A stretch of 64,000 bases of DNA from Trichoplax sp. H2 (GCA_003344405.1 NOWV01000021.1:310001-374000), one strand, 5' to 3'. Counted from the stretch's first letter, positions 17,801 through 32,900 are shown. Made by a program: numbers and translations. The notes: generated by a model from the letters alone, not told the origin.

Positions 17801-20800
17801 TTTAATGCATCGCGCAAAGCCGCTTCTGGATTGCTGACAGGCTTTAACTCTTCAACCGGAATAACGGTATTGCCGTCTTTGACTGCAGAACTATGTGATA
17901 CAGCAGATGTTCTCTGTCGTCCGCTAGTATCGTCGGAAGGTGCTGATTCGTTGGCTTGATTAGATCTAACGGCCAAAATCAAATTATACGATCAATTATA
18001 ATCTGTGTACTTGCTTATACGACATGAAAGTAAAATCAAGTTTTTTCATCTTACGCGTTTTTTGTTAACGTCCGAGCTCCTACTGCGTGGCCGTCTAACG
18101 TACTAGGTGCTGCGTAAGTGATAGTGTAAAAGAAGGGAATAAAATCGATGAATATCGTTCTTGTAATCGTTAAGGAAAGGGGCGATATTGATTGAAAAGC
18201 TTAGGAAATTATGATCAAGATTTCTAGCTACCCTACATGTCGAAATTGACAATAATCGTAAATCCATCTCTATCGGTTACCTTGTGTATCGGATAAGCGA
18301 GAAGAATGTTGGTCTGCTTTTCGTTGTCTTACTTTCTCAAGACGAGGTTGTTCTCTTGCTTTCAAACGTTCTTGTGTTACCTTTGATAATGTAGTACTGA
18401 CTGCTGGTGCTTCCATTTCGCCATCTTGCGACGAATTTCTCATGCGTTTACCAACGAGCGCTGACGGCATGTTACCGGTTATGTTTTTATCGACCTATAG
18501 CAACAAGATTGCAAACAACGAAGGTGAGCGAATGATAAATCATTTTGTAATTGATCTTTTTGAAATATCTGAGTTGCAAAAGGTAACATTTTTAATCACC
18601 TGTTGGACACTATTGCGCCTACTATCACTGCCATTAGCAGAATAATTGGCCATAACACTAGACGATGCGCCTAATTTATTTAACATTTTATGGCCCACTA
18701 CCATAACATCGTCTTTATCTTGTAACGATATGGACTCTGGATAATCTTCGCTAGAATTTTTATGGGATGGAGTTATTGTTTCATCATGCAATTGTAGTTT
18801 CCTTCTTGGATTGAGTTTTTTATTACTAGGTGAAGGATAGGTTTGTAAATTATCCTCAGAGTTGCCAAAATCGGCCATAAAATGAAGATAGGAATCAGTA
18901 TTAGCTAGTTTTTTAGCTAAAGCTGGAACAGGTGGAGAACTGGTCCTTGATGTACTATCATCGCTGCGATTGGAAAGGCTACTGGGATTTTGTGAAAGTT
19001 TTTGTTCGCCATAGGATGCATTAGAAGCAATATCATTAGAAGTAGTATTCGTAAAATAGCTCAAATTTGATCCAGTATCACTTAATTCGCCGCTATCGTG
19101 AGATATTTGTGATCGTACACCTGTCCAGCTCCTATTTCATAACATAGCAATTGTTCGTTTCGTGTTAATAACGATATATCATAGAATAAATTGGAGTGGC
19201 GTTGCCTTAGGTACAGGATTACTAAAATTTTAAAAATATCATTACACCCTTCAAAATCGATACTAGCCTATCATCGCCATCTTGCAGCGTCGACCCCAAA
19301 CCGCTATCAACAACCTGTGATATAGATGATTTTCCTGTTTGGCTTCGAGTTGATTCTGCATTGGACCTTCTTGAATCTATATCTCGATTAACCTGCAAGA
19401 TATTATTTTAAAAAATAGTAGCAGGATTATTGAACCGATAACACTTCGGTATCGCTTAGTTTTGATTGCAAAATTGCTAAGATTAAAGATTTGATATTAA
19501 TAAGAAGGCAAAGAATTGACAAGCTTAGATAAGTTTGATAAGAAATTTAAAGTACAAAGTGGTAATAGAAGCCACGTCTAATGACTATAAATATCTCTAC
19601 GGGTAGCTACTGGAAACTTGTGATGCAGTTTAAATCATTAACGGATGCAATATAGATTTCATTACGATGGTTTCGATTCCTTATTTTTTTATGTTAAAAT
19701 AACGTCTTAGCTCTAAGTCAACTCAAGGATAATAATGAAAAGCTCAAGGTTCAATTGGAACAGTCGTAAAGCGCCCTAATATCAATTTTACATATCTCAG
19801 CCTAATCCATGTTATTAGTGGCTATAATACTAGGCCAATGTTCTAAAAGGAATGTATTAATTCTGTAGACTTACATCAGATGATTTGGATTCCTTGGCAG
19901 GAGTGTCTTTACCAGCTAACGTATTACTTCCTGTTTTAAGAGATTCTTGGCTATTAGTATCATAGTGCATTTTTTTTAGCTGTTTTTTACGCCGCTGTGC
20001 AGAACGAGCTAACTTTGGTTTCATAGGTAATGGTGAGGAATCTTCTGCTTGCTCATGACTGGATTCGCGATCTAAAGAGTTTACACGATTTACATCATCT
20101 TTACTATCTTCATTATTCGTCATTTTAGGCCATGTACTAGATAAACTAAGGCCTTTAGCTGTAGAATCGGTTATTTCACTCAATTCATTACTAGGTAAGG
20201 ATGGATAGAATAGTTCATTTGATGTGGTTTGTCCATTTCTATCCACTAATGACGATTCGCTATCCTGAATAAATAATTTCTTAGCACGAATACTAGTAGT
20301 GGGTGATTTCTTTCTGTTTTCATGCCCTAACGATAACTTTGAGTGTTTCTCCAACAGGTTTTTGTCTTTAATTTTTCCACTGCTATCAAGGCTTGAATGA
20401 TGCTGCAATAAATCAGAATCACTTTTACTATCCTCGTGGGAATCCTTGAATAAATTGGTAGGACTCTTTTGTCCAATAGGTGCCAGAGGTTTAACCATTC
20501 TAATCTAAAAGTTCATTTAAATGAAAAGATCTAATTATTATAAATACTTTCCATGTACAGTGACGATAAAATTACCGATGATAATTATAATTGGTACGTC
20601 TTTGGAGAAAAAACGTAAAAACATGGCTTGGGCATAAAATTTAACCTTAATGTATGACCCATTTTATGATAGACGATTATAATAGTTGAAAAATAATGAA
20701 ATCGTAACTAAAGAAAAATGCAATCTATTTTTTATAGTAACTAAAGCATGAAGTCAAAATCTTGACAAAAATCGATGGACTTGTTCATTATCATTATTTT

Positions 20801-23800
20801 TGCAAGAATATACTAGAGAAGAGTCTACATTGAAAATCAGAATTTTACTTTTGAAATGGTATGATCGGATGCTTGTATTAAAAATGGAATCATATTTTAC
20901 ATAATTGATGCCGTCGGCTATACAAGAATCAGTCTTAGTTCAAGCTATGAAAACCGGATGTTGCTGTCAAAATCTCATTAGTGCCATGACAGACTATTTA
21001 ATTTAATGAATTGAACTAGTTGTAAACGCAAAATTATTAATCGATAGCCATTCCTTGAAGTCTGTTTTATAAAAAGTCGATTGTAGAAAGCTGGACAAAA
21101 ATTCCGGTTTGATGGATTGAAATAATTATAAATGCAAAATTGTTTAGTTAATAGTTGATGAATTAAGAGTTGTAAACACAAAATCATTCGTTGACAGCTA
21201 ATCATTAAAATATATTTCATGAAAAGTATATTATAGAAAGTGGCATGAAAACTATTCTGTAATGAAGTTGCTGCAGTGAAGATTCGTAATGTCCATGATA
21301 TAAAAGCTGTCATTCTCAAATTATTTAGTACTATGGCTAAAAAAATTCATGGGTATTTTCAACTCCAATATAGGATGAAATAAAAGAAAAGGCTAACAAT
21401 AAGTACTAATAAATCCTATCCATTATTAACAATATTTTTAAAATAGTTTCTTTAGCAAGATCGAGATCCTTTAGTCTAGAATAGGGAATTTAAGTGACAA
21501 ATGGCAAAAAAGTAAAAATCTGTTGTAACCTTGATCAATAGTTAAGTACATCAATATCTCCTTTGAATCTATTCATATTAGTTTCAAACTTCTCTGCAAT
21601 AAAATAGACAGTTGATACAGTATTTAGTCTAAAATAATAATAATACTAGTCTGGAAAGAAGGAAATTTAAGCCTATTCGCACGGATAAATCCCGAGTTTT
21701 TAATAACTGTCTGCTTTAATTCAGACTTTTAAAACTCTGCAATCTAATAATAAGACTCGTATATATTGATCGATTCGATCTGTTTATAACTACTGTATGT
21801 TAGATAGTGTTATGGCGATGCTTAACCAAAATAAATACAAGCATTAAATCATTTTATCTTTCCGTTACTCATAAATGAAATTATTAGCTCATATACGATA
21901 TCCTTTAACAAGTATAGTCATAACCCGATAGTATTATGGCGAGCAAAATACTCTGTATTTTCTTTCTCATCTCTCTCACTCAAAGAAGACAATTAATCCA
22001 TAGCCACTAACATTAAGGGTTAAAACAACGCTAGTCTGTAAAAAAATAGCCTGATTAAACTTATCACTGTGCCCGTTATAGAAAACTAATTGTAGATTCA
22101 CAGGCTAAATTTTATTCTCGTTCCATCTAACTGAAAGGAAAAAGTCAATTGCAACGATAGAATATGAAGAAACACTCAACCGTGAACATTAAAAGAAGGC
22201 TAGTCTATGACAATATAAACTAAACTCTCGATATGCTCGTTTTAGGAGATAATCTAGAGATAACGACTTAAATTAATGCCGTAATATCATCCCAACTCGG
22301 ATAAGAAAGTCGATCTCAACGAAAAAATGCAAGTGTTATAGTAAGATGAACAAACTGAATCATCAGGAAATTATTGATATAAATTGTCCTAGTTTTACAT
22401 ATTTGCCCAATTGTGGTATGTAAGTACACAAAGATAATGTACAACAACCGTAATACTAGATGTTAATTAAATAATCTGGAGATATAGAGGCAAGCCAACA
22501 TAAACGATGTAAGTTAATTAACAAGTTTAAGAATTAAAGCCAATGTTAAAGTAACGACGTATTAATTAGAGCAAAATTATCTTGTTGTCGACGTCCGATG
22601 CCCAATCATCGTTAATTAACTTTATGACGACTATGCTTGATCAACCATAGCATTTAAAAGAGGATTATATTGAATTTAAAAGAAATGATAATGTTATAGT
22701 AGCGAGATATTAACTAGAGCAAAATTTATCTTGTTCTCGACCAGGATCAATGAAGTCCGATACCTCAATCATTCTTAATTAACTCATGACGACTATGCTC
22801 GATCAGCCGTAGTATTTAGAAGAAGATTATGTTAGATTTAAAAGAAATGACAAAAGCATCGCACAATTGGCCTATAAATCTTATAAAAAGAATTATCTGC
22901 CTTTCTTCTGAAGCTAAAAGCAGCAGGTAGATCATTCCATTAATTAAGCAACTTTTGGATTTAATAGAAAGCGATAACATGATTGTACATAGTTATTTAG
23001 GAGTAAGTACCCGCGTAGGCACTTGTACTAACAATTGGCTCATGAATCTTGATGAAACAATTCTTTCTTCTACTGTTAAATATATTTACTACTAAATCAA
23101 CCTCCAATGTTGGAGTTAGAATATTTCTTAAATCAAGCGTAGCCAATTTTTACATGTGGTATAAAGCGATAAAGTGATTAAATGTAATTATTGGCGACTA
23201 AACAGATGTACGAAATCATTACATTAGGTGTACATGGATTTATCATGATGTAATCGAAATTTTCTCTTCAGACATTCTCTTAGCAATCAAAAGTCATATC
23301 GATAGCCGCTTTTATAGCTGATGCATAGAGTAAACCTTTAATTACATTCACACAGGGATAAATTAGAATTGCGCTACTATGCATTTCAGTGTGAATACTA
23401 TATGCGATAGACTTCAAAAGGATGTTTTATAAATCAGTGAGAATATGCTTAATTTGTTACTGAAATTGCTAGAATTATAAACGGCTGTCCTTAGAGTTCA
23501 ATCATTTTTATTCTTCGCGGTAGTCTATAATATCCTACTATGGTTTGATTAAATCTTTTAAAATTAATTTTTTCATGAATAAAACCAACATAGTGTAATG
23601 CCGCCTTATTCAGTGAGAGACAGCGGTAAAGTTTAGATTATCTTCTAGCTAAGCAAATAAAGTATGGATTTTGTTATAAATCTCCTTGGAGAAGGAAAGT
23701 AATAGTGAAAAATGTTCGTATAGATTGATATCATTTCTTACTCATATTACTATCAATTTTTGTAGCAGTGCTTAACATTATCGTAACTGTTCAATAAATT

Positions 23801-26800
23801 ACTAGTAATTAGAACTTATTATACAATGTATAACATTCAATCTTTATTGCTAAAGATTTGTTTTAATTGTTGAATATTATACGTAGTTTCTCCGATCTAT
23901 CAATTCAGATCATTTCCTTATAGTAAAAATTTGCTATTGCTAATTCTAATTAATATTATTTTTTTCCTCAATCAGCAAGTATTATAATGATGTATTGAAG
24001 TTACGATTTCTAACATAGCGAAATTTTTAATGATGATGAATTTCAGTTGTCATTGTATAATTTAAGCCGTGATAAAGAGTCACGCATAAAAGTCATTTTA
24101 TAGCCCTAAAAATTAGTTAAATCTTAATAAGTTATTAACGTTATTGTATTCAAACTAGTGCATTCCTCTTCATCATCACATCGAACGATGGTGAATTTCC
24201 AACTGTAATTTTATAACTTAAGCTGTGATAAATTGTTACGCATCTAAGCTACCCGATGACCATTAAAATTAATTGAGCTGTAACGGATTATCTATAATAA
24301 GATAATAAAACTATTCCAATTGGTACATTCTTTCAATATCACGTTCAACGATGGCCAATTTCAGCCTGTAATTTTATAGTTTAACCCTTGTTAAAAAAAT
24401 CACGCTTACAAGTTACGGTACATTTTCTTCCAATATCAAATTTAACGATGGCTAATTCCAGCCTATCGTTTTATATTCAAGCCGTGATAAATTTACCACG
24501 CTTTTAATCTATCTCACAACCCTAATAAACAATTGATTTTGAATATATTTTTACAATATCATAGTGAATTGGCACAATATCTTTCAAGATCAATTAAGGG
24601 ATGGAGAATTTCAGTTTTTCCTTTTATTATATATGCCTTGATAAATGCGCGTAGTTACGCATCTCAGTCCCTTCGTAACCATGAAAAAATTACGATATTA
24701 TTGTATTTTAAAGGATTATCTGCTTTCCTGTATTTAAACTATTTCAAGTAGTACATCCAATATCATGGTATAATTCAAAGTTATGTTTAAACAAGATCAA
24801 TTTCCTTCCACAATTCATTTTATACCGTAATTAATACTGTGACAAATAGTTACGCTTATTAGTCATGATAGCTATTAAAATGAAAATTACAGTATTGGAT
24901 TTTAACGGGTAGTCTTGATACATCTACGCATTGTCGGTATACACTATACTGTATTTAAATCATTTCCAATGGGTATGGTCCCTTGAATAGTGTAGGGTAA
25001 TTCAATAATGATGACTAATCCTGAAAATAAATCTGTGAAATAAGACTAAAGGAAAATAAATACCACCCAAATAACCTAAAAGATTGTGAAGTAGAGTAAT
25101 TGATTTGGCTACATTGATACATGGCATGCCCTTCCCACCTAAAACCTTATCGTCAAAATTGAAGGGTTTTACTTCAATCATATGAAAATTGTTCAAAACG
25201 ATCATTTAAAAAAAATTAAACTGTCGAATTAAACGCAACATAAACTAAATTTATCAGTGTTGGAAGTAGAGTAAGAAATCTTGAACATTAATGAATATTT
25301 CTACCGGTACTCCAAATCACGCCTGATAAACTGCTGGGTTAAATATTCAACTTACGTCGTCTAACGATGCGTTGCGATTTGTTTTGGGTTTTTCAGGCGA
25401 TCGTGGAAAATTATTGACAGGTTCCCAAGGTAGACGAGATATTCCAGCACTATGATTCCTTCGGCCACTATTAACGCGTGGATTTTCCGGTGATGATATT
25501 GAACAATTAGATTGAGATCTTTCGTAAGGATCAGGCCCTTCTCCTTGTAATATCCACATAATATCGGCTTCCATATCGTTGTCGCGTTTACCAGTTGATT
25601 TTGCCGATGTCGGTAAGGCATGTGGATAATGAACAAGATCATCAACGCGAGCTAATTGCTTACGATTAAGGCGTGTTGTCACAACACGACATAGGCCAGG
25701 AATATTTTGATTATTTTCTATTTTTGTAACAATTGCCATTAATTCACTACGCCGACTATGGCCGAATAATGAAGCTAAAACCGCTATGGCTTCCAATGCT
25801 GCTTGACGTACACGACGTGTTGGATCAATTAGTGTCGGTAGAATAACTTGGGCTGTTGCTGTTAAATCGAAGTCAGTACGTGGATATAATGACATAGCAG
25901 CAATGTAGATATTTAAAATTTCTTCTTTACGACGTGGATTATCGTCATTTAAACTGGTAGCCGCAATGTCTAGTATCGTTTTAGGTGATGATTTCTGTAT
26001 CAAGCAGAGGATCACTTTTAAACTTTTTTGTCGCATCACAGTATTACTGAGAGCGCCTAATTTATTAACTAAACCGCGAGTGAGTATTTTCAACGCTGGT
26101 CGAATAGATATATTTAAATTTCGAATAACACTATGAAGGATATCATAAGTAGATAAGACTATCCTAAAGTTAATATCGTCAAGTAAATGAATTAAAAAAT
26201 CAGCAAATCCTTTAAGATGCGATCGTATTTTTTGATAATCGTAAAGGCCAGAAATAAGTGAATGTAATTCTTCGATGCCCTTAGCTCTCCATTTATATTC
26301 ATGATGTTTAGTATATTCAATAAGATGAGATGGTATAAAACCAAATTGTAAGTCACCTTCATTATTTTCATGTTGAGAGTTATCGTTAAAATGATGACCT
26401 GGAGGAATACCATGTTGCGGTGGCGACCCTCTACTAGCATCATCATGATATTTATGACTATGAACGTTATTCTCTACTTCATCTTCATCTTCTTCTCCTA
26501 CTTCGACATCTTCGTCTGATTCCTCATCTTCTTCTTCTTCTTCTTCTTCTACTTCTTCTTCTTCTTCCACTTCTTCTTCTTCCACTTCTTCTTCTTCTTC
26601 CACTTCTTCTTCTTCAACTTCTCCTTCTTCTTCTTCTTCTTCTTCTTCATCTTCTTCTTCTTCTTCTTCTTCTTCTTCTTCTTCTTCTTCTTCTTCTCTT
26701 ACTTCATCATCTTTTGCTTGTGTGTTATTATCGCCATAATTCATGTTATTACTTAGTAATGGTTGCTTACTACTATTACCATTGGATTTATGATTTACAG

Positions 26801-27500
26801 AAATTGGATCGTCTTCTTGAGTAAGAGGCGACGATGGATCAGCATGCAGATTGGTTAAATTTTTATAATACAGTCGAAGACGATTAGGCAAACGTTTAAG
26901 ATAAAAGGTAAATTTCTCTTCACCTATTAAACTACGAATTTTCTCTACACCTAACATAGGAGTGGTAACATCGCCATCAGGATCATTTTGTAATTGGACC
27001 ATTAGCCCAAAAAATAGCTCGTACATATCGTATTGGATAAAATCATGCGTTAATAGCACCGGTAATGCAGCTATACACTCTAATCTTAATCTAGGCATAT
27101 GACTACAAACTCCATGTTCTGCTAGCATGTCAAGAATAGATTGGACATGAGAGGTCGATTTCATAATCATATGGATTGTAGCAATGGCTGAAGTTTTAAT
27201 ATTGGCTTTGCTATGGGCTAAGTTCAGGATTAACGGTTGTATAATAATTTCCAAGTGATTGTCGATATAGGCCGATTGGCTCGGATAAATATCGCCTATC
27301 AATTGTATCGATTCCAATCGAACACTCCCTGCATCAGTTGACAAGATATTGGATAGTAAGTCGAAAAATTGAGACGGTTGAGTAATTTGAAGTCGTCCAT
27401 TTTCACGGCGTAAATTATTTCGTAATTCTTTAATATATTGGACACGTTTTCTTTCGTTGGTCTCTCTCTTCAAGGCAGCAACTAAGCCGCTATCGTCCAT
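14815..27500 (-). CDS. TOGARAM1: TOG array regulator of axonemal microtubules (Crescerin/FAM179B-like), multi-exon. Clear exons include 27500-25356, 20504-19875, about 19130-18600, 18494-18281, about 17965-17674, 17156-16998 and about 15044-14815, with several small exons between; some boundaries are uncertain
   Basis: The large first exon has two HEAT/TOG arrays (e.g. YKWRAKGIEEL, LLDDINFRIV, RRVRQAALEAIAVL). A long Ser-rich linker follows, then TOG3/4-type segments (EWETKHGITLIRRL-like, VKNLRSQIVRNAC, SHKNAVIRKATA, FTPRLTDS, KVNIKAL). The C-terminus YDRKPQLVTRHVLPVIWDLLG...KELLGIS* resembles TOGARAM1. Confidence 0.88.
20998..21240. repeat. Degenerate two-copy duplication (period about 150 bp) in the TOGARAM1 intron
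   Basis: TTTAATGAATTGAACTAGTTGTAAACGCAAAATTATT...TGTAGAAAG and TTGATGAATTAAGAGTTGTAAACACAAAATCATT...TATAGAAAG. Confidence 0.65.
22561..22850. repeat. Degenerate two-copy tandem duplication, about 150 bp unit
   Basis: ATTAA(T/C)TAGAGCAAAATT..ATCTTGTT(G/C)TCGAC...ATGACGACTATGCT...TTTAAAAGAAATGA occurs at 22561 and 22709. Confidence 0.85.
24020..24860. repeat. Old degenerate tandem array of about 6 units, 100-190 bp each
   Basis: The core AACGATGG(T/C).AATTTC...TTTTATA..TAAGCCGTGATAA...ACGC recurs near 24027, 24184, 24347, 24444, 24600 and 24800. Confidence 0.7.
26470..26700 (-). repeat. (GAA)n-based coding repeat giving a poly-Glu tract in TOGARAM1 exon 1
   Basis: TTC/TCT runs on the + strand; translation is EEEEEEEEEEEEEEEDEEEEEEEEGEVEEEEVEEEEEVEEEE... 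Confidence 0.95.
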
Positions 27501-29260
27501 GATTACTTCTTAATAATTGACGGCCAATACATTACATTGACATTGATAGAGGAGATGAAAATAGTCAATCATTGCCGATACCAACACTTACCATCGGTTC
27601 ATCTACGATCATATTAAAATAAAAAGGCCGGACTATTAGAAGAAAAAAAAAGTAGACTAGACCATTGAATTAAAATGGAGAGAATTTTAGAGTAAAAGAA
27701 GAACAATTTTAAATAAGAGTTAATTAAGAAAGAGGGAGAGAAAGAGAAAAAAGAGTACATTTCTAGCTATTCTATCTCTTTCTATAGCTTACCTTTTAAG
27801 CTAATCAAAGTGTTGTCTAGGGTGAACGATGATGAAATACTCTGAAGAAAATAAAACTAGTGCTAATAAAACAAGGGCTGATTAAAACTAAATTAACTCG
27901 ATGATCGATTGATTTGTAGTTGTGGATTTTATTGAAATGACAAATGAGAATAAATAACGACTCGTTTAATGGATGTTTAGTTGTTATCAGCGAGTAACAA
28001 TATGGTTAAGTGATGATATTAATAGATAGAACTTTAGTCTCAATTCTAAGCTTGATGATGTTATGATGATGATGATGCTAATTCCCACTAGTTGTTGTAT
28101 GCGTTGCCCTGGTAGTTTATACTAACGACCGTGAAAATTTTCCATCAGACACTAGAATATATTATTCAGAGTAAGGAAAGAATGACCAAGCACCAGACCA
28201 AATGCTATATAAAGAGTACAATGTCCAAGTTGTCGATTAATACACAATATGGATGAGAAAAAAAAGAAGGATAACCCAGACTGGCCCTTATTACCTTCTA
28301 TAGACTAGAGAATACATTCCTATAATAGACTCTAGTAATGGCTACCACTACAGTAAAAGAATTGTCCTAATTGTTTTATATAGAAACGATTACGTCGGTT
28401 GCGAAAAGGGAGCGTGGTTTGAACTTTTGCCGAATAATACAAATCAAGCCATGTACCCTAATGAATAAGAATGCTCTCCATGTTATGATAGGTTAGCACT
28501 AGTGTTGGACTAGTTAGTAGTATAAAATTATATTAGCAATCTATCAAAATTAAGCCAAATAATGGCGTTATGACGAAATAACAAAATCCATTGTCCAACA
28601 ACTGTTTTGTTATATTATTTTTGTGGCAAATAGTATTCAGAAGAGAAATCAATCAAGTCAAATCTTTCCCCTCCCTAGTCGTATAGTATGCTTGCAAGAT
28701 GTCATATCTATTGATCAACTCAACTGAAAAGATTGGATTGATTTGGGTTTTTCTCTCTCTCACACTATCTTACAATTCATTCCATACATTGCTTCCATGC
28801 ACAACAGGATATCATGACATGCCACTCCATCAATGATATTTGTTATCGATACTGATCTATAGCATGTATGGCTTTAAAGTATTTCCAAATTGATATTAGA
28901 AAAAGAAGGGATAGCTTGCTAAGGCAGAATCAATAAAATTAGTCAATCTTGGAAAGGGTAAAGTAGAAACTGGTAATAATCACTAGTATGATAGCAAGAT
29001 AGTAATCGATGCAATTAGATATGGAAGAGCATCATCTACTGTAGGATACGAATGGATGCCAAAAATTGATATTAATCCTCTTCTGATAGAATGTCCATCT
29101 GAACTGAAATAATATCATGAGATAGAAATCCAGGTGACAAGCAAAACTCGCCCATAATCGCTATCTAAAAAAATTGCAACAGGCTAACTGTCTATTACTA
29201 CAATCCAATGTTGCTACAATACATGCTCATCATCAATGTATATCAGCTAAATTTGCTAAT

Positions 29261-29963
29261 TAAGTAACATGACTTAATCATGCTGGTGAAAGACAATCTA
29301 AATATTCTATACTCTGTTAATGATAACGCACTTGCTTCCCTATTTCCTTGACATAATAATATAACTATGCAAAATACTAAACAACCATATTTTGATCCTG
29401 GTCCAATCTGTCAACACAAATTATCTTAATTTGCCCGTTAAGTATCATGACCCAATCATACTGATGAAATACAATCTAAAATATTATATACTCTATTAAT
29501 GATACAGCACTTACTATCCATTTCCTTCATTAACACAATATAGCTATGCAAAATAATAAAACAACCACATTTGATCTTGATCCAATCTGTCAACGATATC
29601 GGGACTATCTTGTAGCACTACAATAAGACCTTGATCGTAGCGTATATTGAACTAATCAAAAATACGAGAACTATCACATTAGATCATGATCCAGCCTACC
29701 AACGATATCGAGAATATCTAGTAACACTGCAATAAGGCCTTAATTAATCTTAACCTATATCGAACTATCCAAAATACTGGAACAATCACATTCGATCATA
29801 ATTCAATCTACCAACGATGCAGAGACTATCTAGTAACGTTGTAATAAGGACTCAATCGCAACATATATCTAACTCTCCAAAATATTAAAATAACCACATT
29901 CGATCATGATCTAACGGCCGGTGATGTCAAGACTATCTAGTAGCACTGTAATAAGGCCTTGAT
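29261..29963. repeat. Compound tandem repeat: two units of about 177 bp followed by three to four units of about 110 bp
   Basis: TAAGTA(A/T)CATGAC...CCAATCTGTCAAC at 29261 and 29438, then GAT(A/G)..GACTATCTAGTA.CACT..AATAAGG..TT...CACATTCGATCATGATC units at about 29595, 29704, 29816 and 29922. Confidence 0.85.
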
Positions 29964-32900
29964 TGTTATGTGTATCATGCTAATAAAAAAACTATAACCT
30001 GCAGTGGTCTATAATCTGTTGAAAAAGTGGCTAGTTTTCTATTTCTAACTATGCAGAAATTTAAAACTGACTAAAATGGATTATCTAACTAGCGAATGAT
30101 ATAGCTATTATCCAGTACTGATAAATCAACATTATTACGATACAAATTTACACCCCTAAAAATTTGAATTGTACTTTTCTAATCTTGGATTAGCTTGAAT
30201 CTAGATATAGTAGTCATCTAAAATAAGAATCAAAGTCGCAATCAAACTCAATAATATCTACTATGCAGAAAAACATCAGCTTGCGAATAATGTCAATCCT
30301 ATCTCACATTAGAAATGTGTCGCGTGCTAAGAATACAACACCTAAAATCATCTATAGCACGGACGATGCCACTAATTTAAGGAGAAATGTTTTACTTAAG
30401 GCTAGAAGGATAATAAAATAATACTACTGAGGCATTCAATTAATGAAGAATTGATTTAGATTATTTAGTTCATTATATTTCCAAGTTTCTTTCATCTCAA
30501 TTCGTATATGGTGCTAACTTCAAATTGGAATATATTCAAGCTCAATCCTACGCATCACGAACAATACGGAAAGAACAAAGTCAAAAACGTGGTAGTTAAT
30601 ATCAATAGAATACCAAATTATATAAAAAGATTTAACTTGATATTGTCTAGAATCAATAACTCAAGCGATGCGTAAGTTGTCTAAAGAAAGGATAGAAAAT
30701 TTTCTACTATACTGATCGAAAATTAACTACTGGTCAGCCTATCTTTGGATAGAGTTAAATTATAATTAGAATATTGATGAATTTTAATGACAAGAATTAA
30801 TCATTGTTTGTTTTTCATTAAATTATTTGTTAAATTATATAGTAACTAACGATAAAAACGAATCAGTAAAATTGTTTACTCAAACGTTTTCATTAATGTT
30901 AATGTTAAATCATGTAGAGAAAAAGACAAGATGATTTTAATGCTGACATACATCTTACAGGAATATGCTATTACACTGAACCATAAAATGGTGTGAAAAT
31001 AGGAACCATTGTTTATTTTTACTAAATGATTTGTTCAACTATTTACTAGCTAACGATAATAACCTTAACTAAAACTGTGAGCTAGTCAAATTCATCCTTA
31101 AAAATGCCTTCAAATAGCTATAAATTTGTATTGTCTTGAAAAAAATGGGACCTTTTTTTACTCAGGTAATAGCTCTCATCGGAATGTTCAGTAAAAGGAC
31201 AACAGAAGATGTAAAATAGAAGCAGCTTTTATTTTGTATTCAATCTTTGACCGGATATTATTATCAAATTCAACTACCCCATCATCATTCTATATTAATT
31301 TCAATCACTCATCGAATATTCATCGTAGTCTTATTTGCACCACAATTAAACTTGAAAGGGGTTATAATCATACTACTACATCAATTTAAATGATGTATAG
31401 TGCATGATTTTATCATAAAAGAAAAAATGAGACGATTTCTTTACTAGAGTGCATCCAAATCTTTCAATAGTCTGATTTCTATAAATTCCTATAGCTGATT
31501 TAAACGCCCATCGCTGTTGTTGTGTTATTTTGAGATGTGCACATAGAAAACAATACAATGTTATATAAATAATTGAATATTAATTAGCAAAATTAACTAG
31601 AAGTAGTATGTGTTTCCAAGAAAAAAATGCCATTTTGACAACTTGCTCCCGACAAAATAGCGCTTCTAATAGGCATGATAAATCATTTCTTAGAATAATA
31701 TACCGTATATTAAGGTATTTTACCATCTATAATAACATTGATAAGGCTGTGAACTTCAATCAATTTCTGTTGAAAATCAAAGTAATATAGTCATTTAATA
31801 TATTAACTCGATATTTCTACAAGACTAAAAAGAATAAGTCAATTTTAAATACTGAAAGCTTTCGTCTTATAATGATAGAATTTAATGCTAAGCAATCTCA
31901 ATTTGTTGCAACGCTCAAATCTAAACTACTGTAGATTAAGGTTATAATTGGGTTTCTAGCTAATTTAGTTTCTACAAGTCCTCTATCTATCTGTACTAAG
32001 GCTATAAGAAACATTCACATCTGAGCTAACAAACATCATTGTGTGCTCATCGATGAAAAGTTCATTGCTTGCTAATGATTATTTACCCTTCACCTACCAA
32101 ATCGCGTAATCTAATGCAAACCACTTTATTGATATAGAGATGAGTCATAGCTCAAACTTTTCCAATTGCATACCGTTATTTGAAAGTATAATCTTTACAC
32201 CATGACTATAAAGTTTATAAGATGCAAGAGTGCTTCAAGAAATCCCATTTTAGTATTTAACCATCTATGTCAATGTTGTCCTAACAACATTGTTGGAATA
32301 CTTACAAGGACTGCTGCATAAAGCGGAGCATAAGAATTCCTTCGCGTACGGTGTACATTAATTTCCAATAATCTAACAGCATACAAACACAAATCTTTTT
32401 CTACAAATTACTATTATGATACTACCCTATCTATTCAGACTTTAAGATCGACTATAAGCTGTAAACATACCAGTAGGTGCACTCATAGGATATGTTGCAA
32501 TCGCTATTAATTATTGATGATTTAATTGCATAAACACTAAAGTATTCTCTAGATACCATAACCAATAAATAGATAGCTATTATAAATTCTCCCTTATATC
32601 ATGTAATATTAATTTATTCACCCTAATAACTCTAAGATTGTATTTCCCAGTATGTCATTAACAGCATATATTATAAGTTAATATCAATATATATAGTTAA
32701 ACATCGCAGATCATTGACATTAAAGCCCACGAAGTTTTAATACTTTCATGATAGCAGTTCAGTCGAAGCAAAAAATGATGACTACTTTTTATATATACTC
32801 GTATTTATAATCAGTAACCTACGGTATCTTTCTATAACTAGAGGAACGTAAATTATCAAGATATATTCTTCAATGCTAATTTCTACGCAATTTTCATCTA

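Noticed and set aside
21530..21593. Apparent small minus-strand exon in the large TOGARAM1 intron
   Set aside because: Stop codons in all three frames, and the flanking exons already join in phase 0.
24020..29963. Repeat arrays as possible CRISPR
   Set aside because: Eukaryotic context, degenerate units over 100 bp, no unique spacers and no cas genes.
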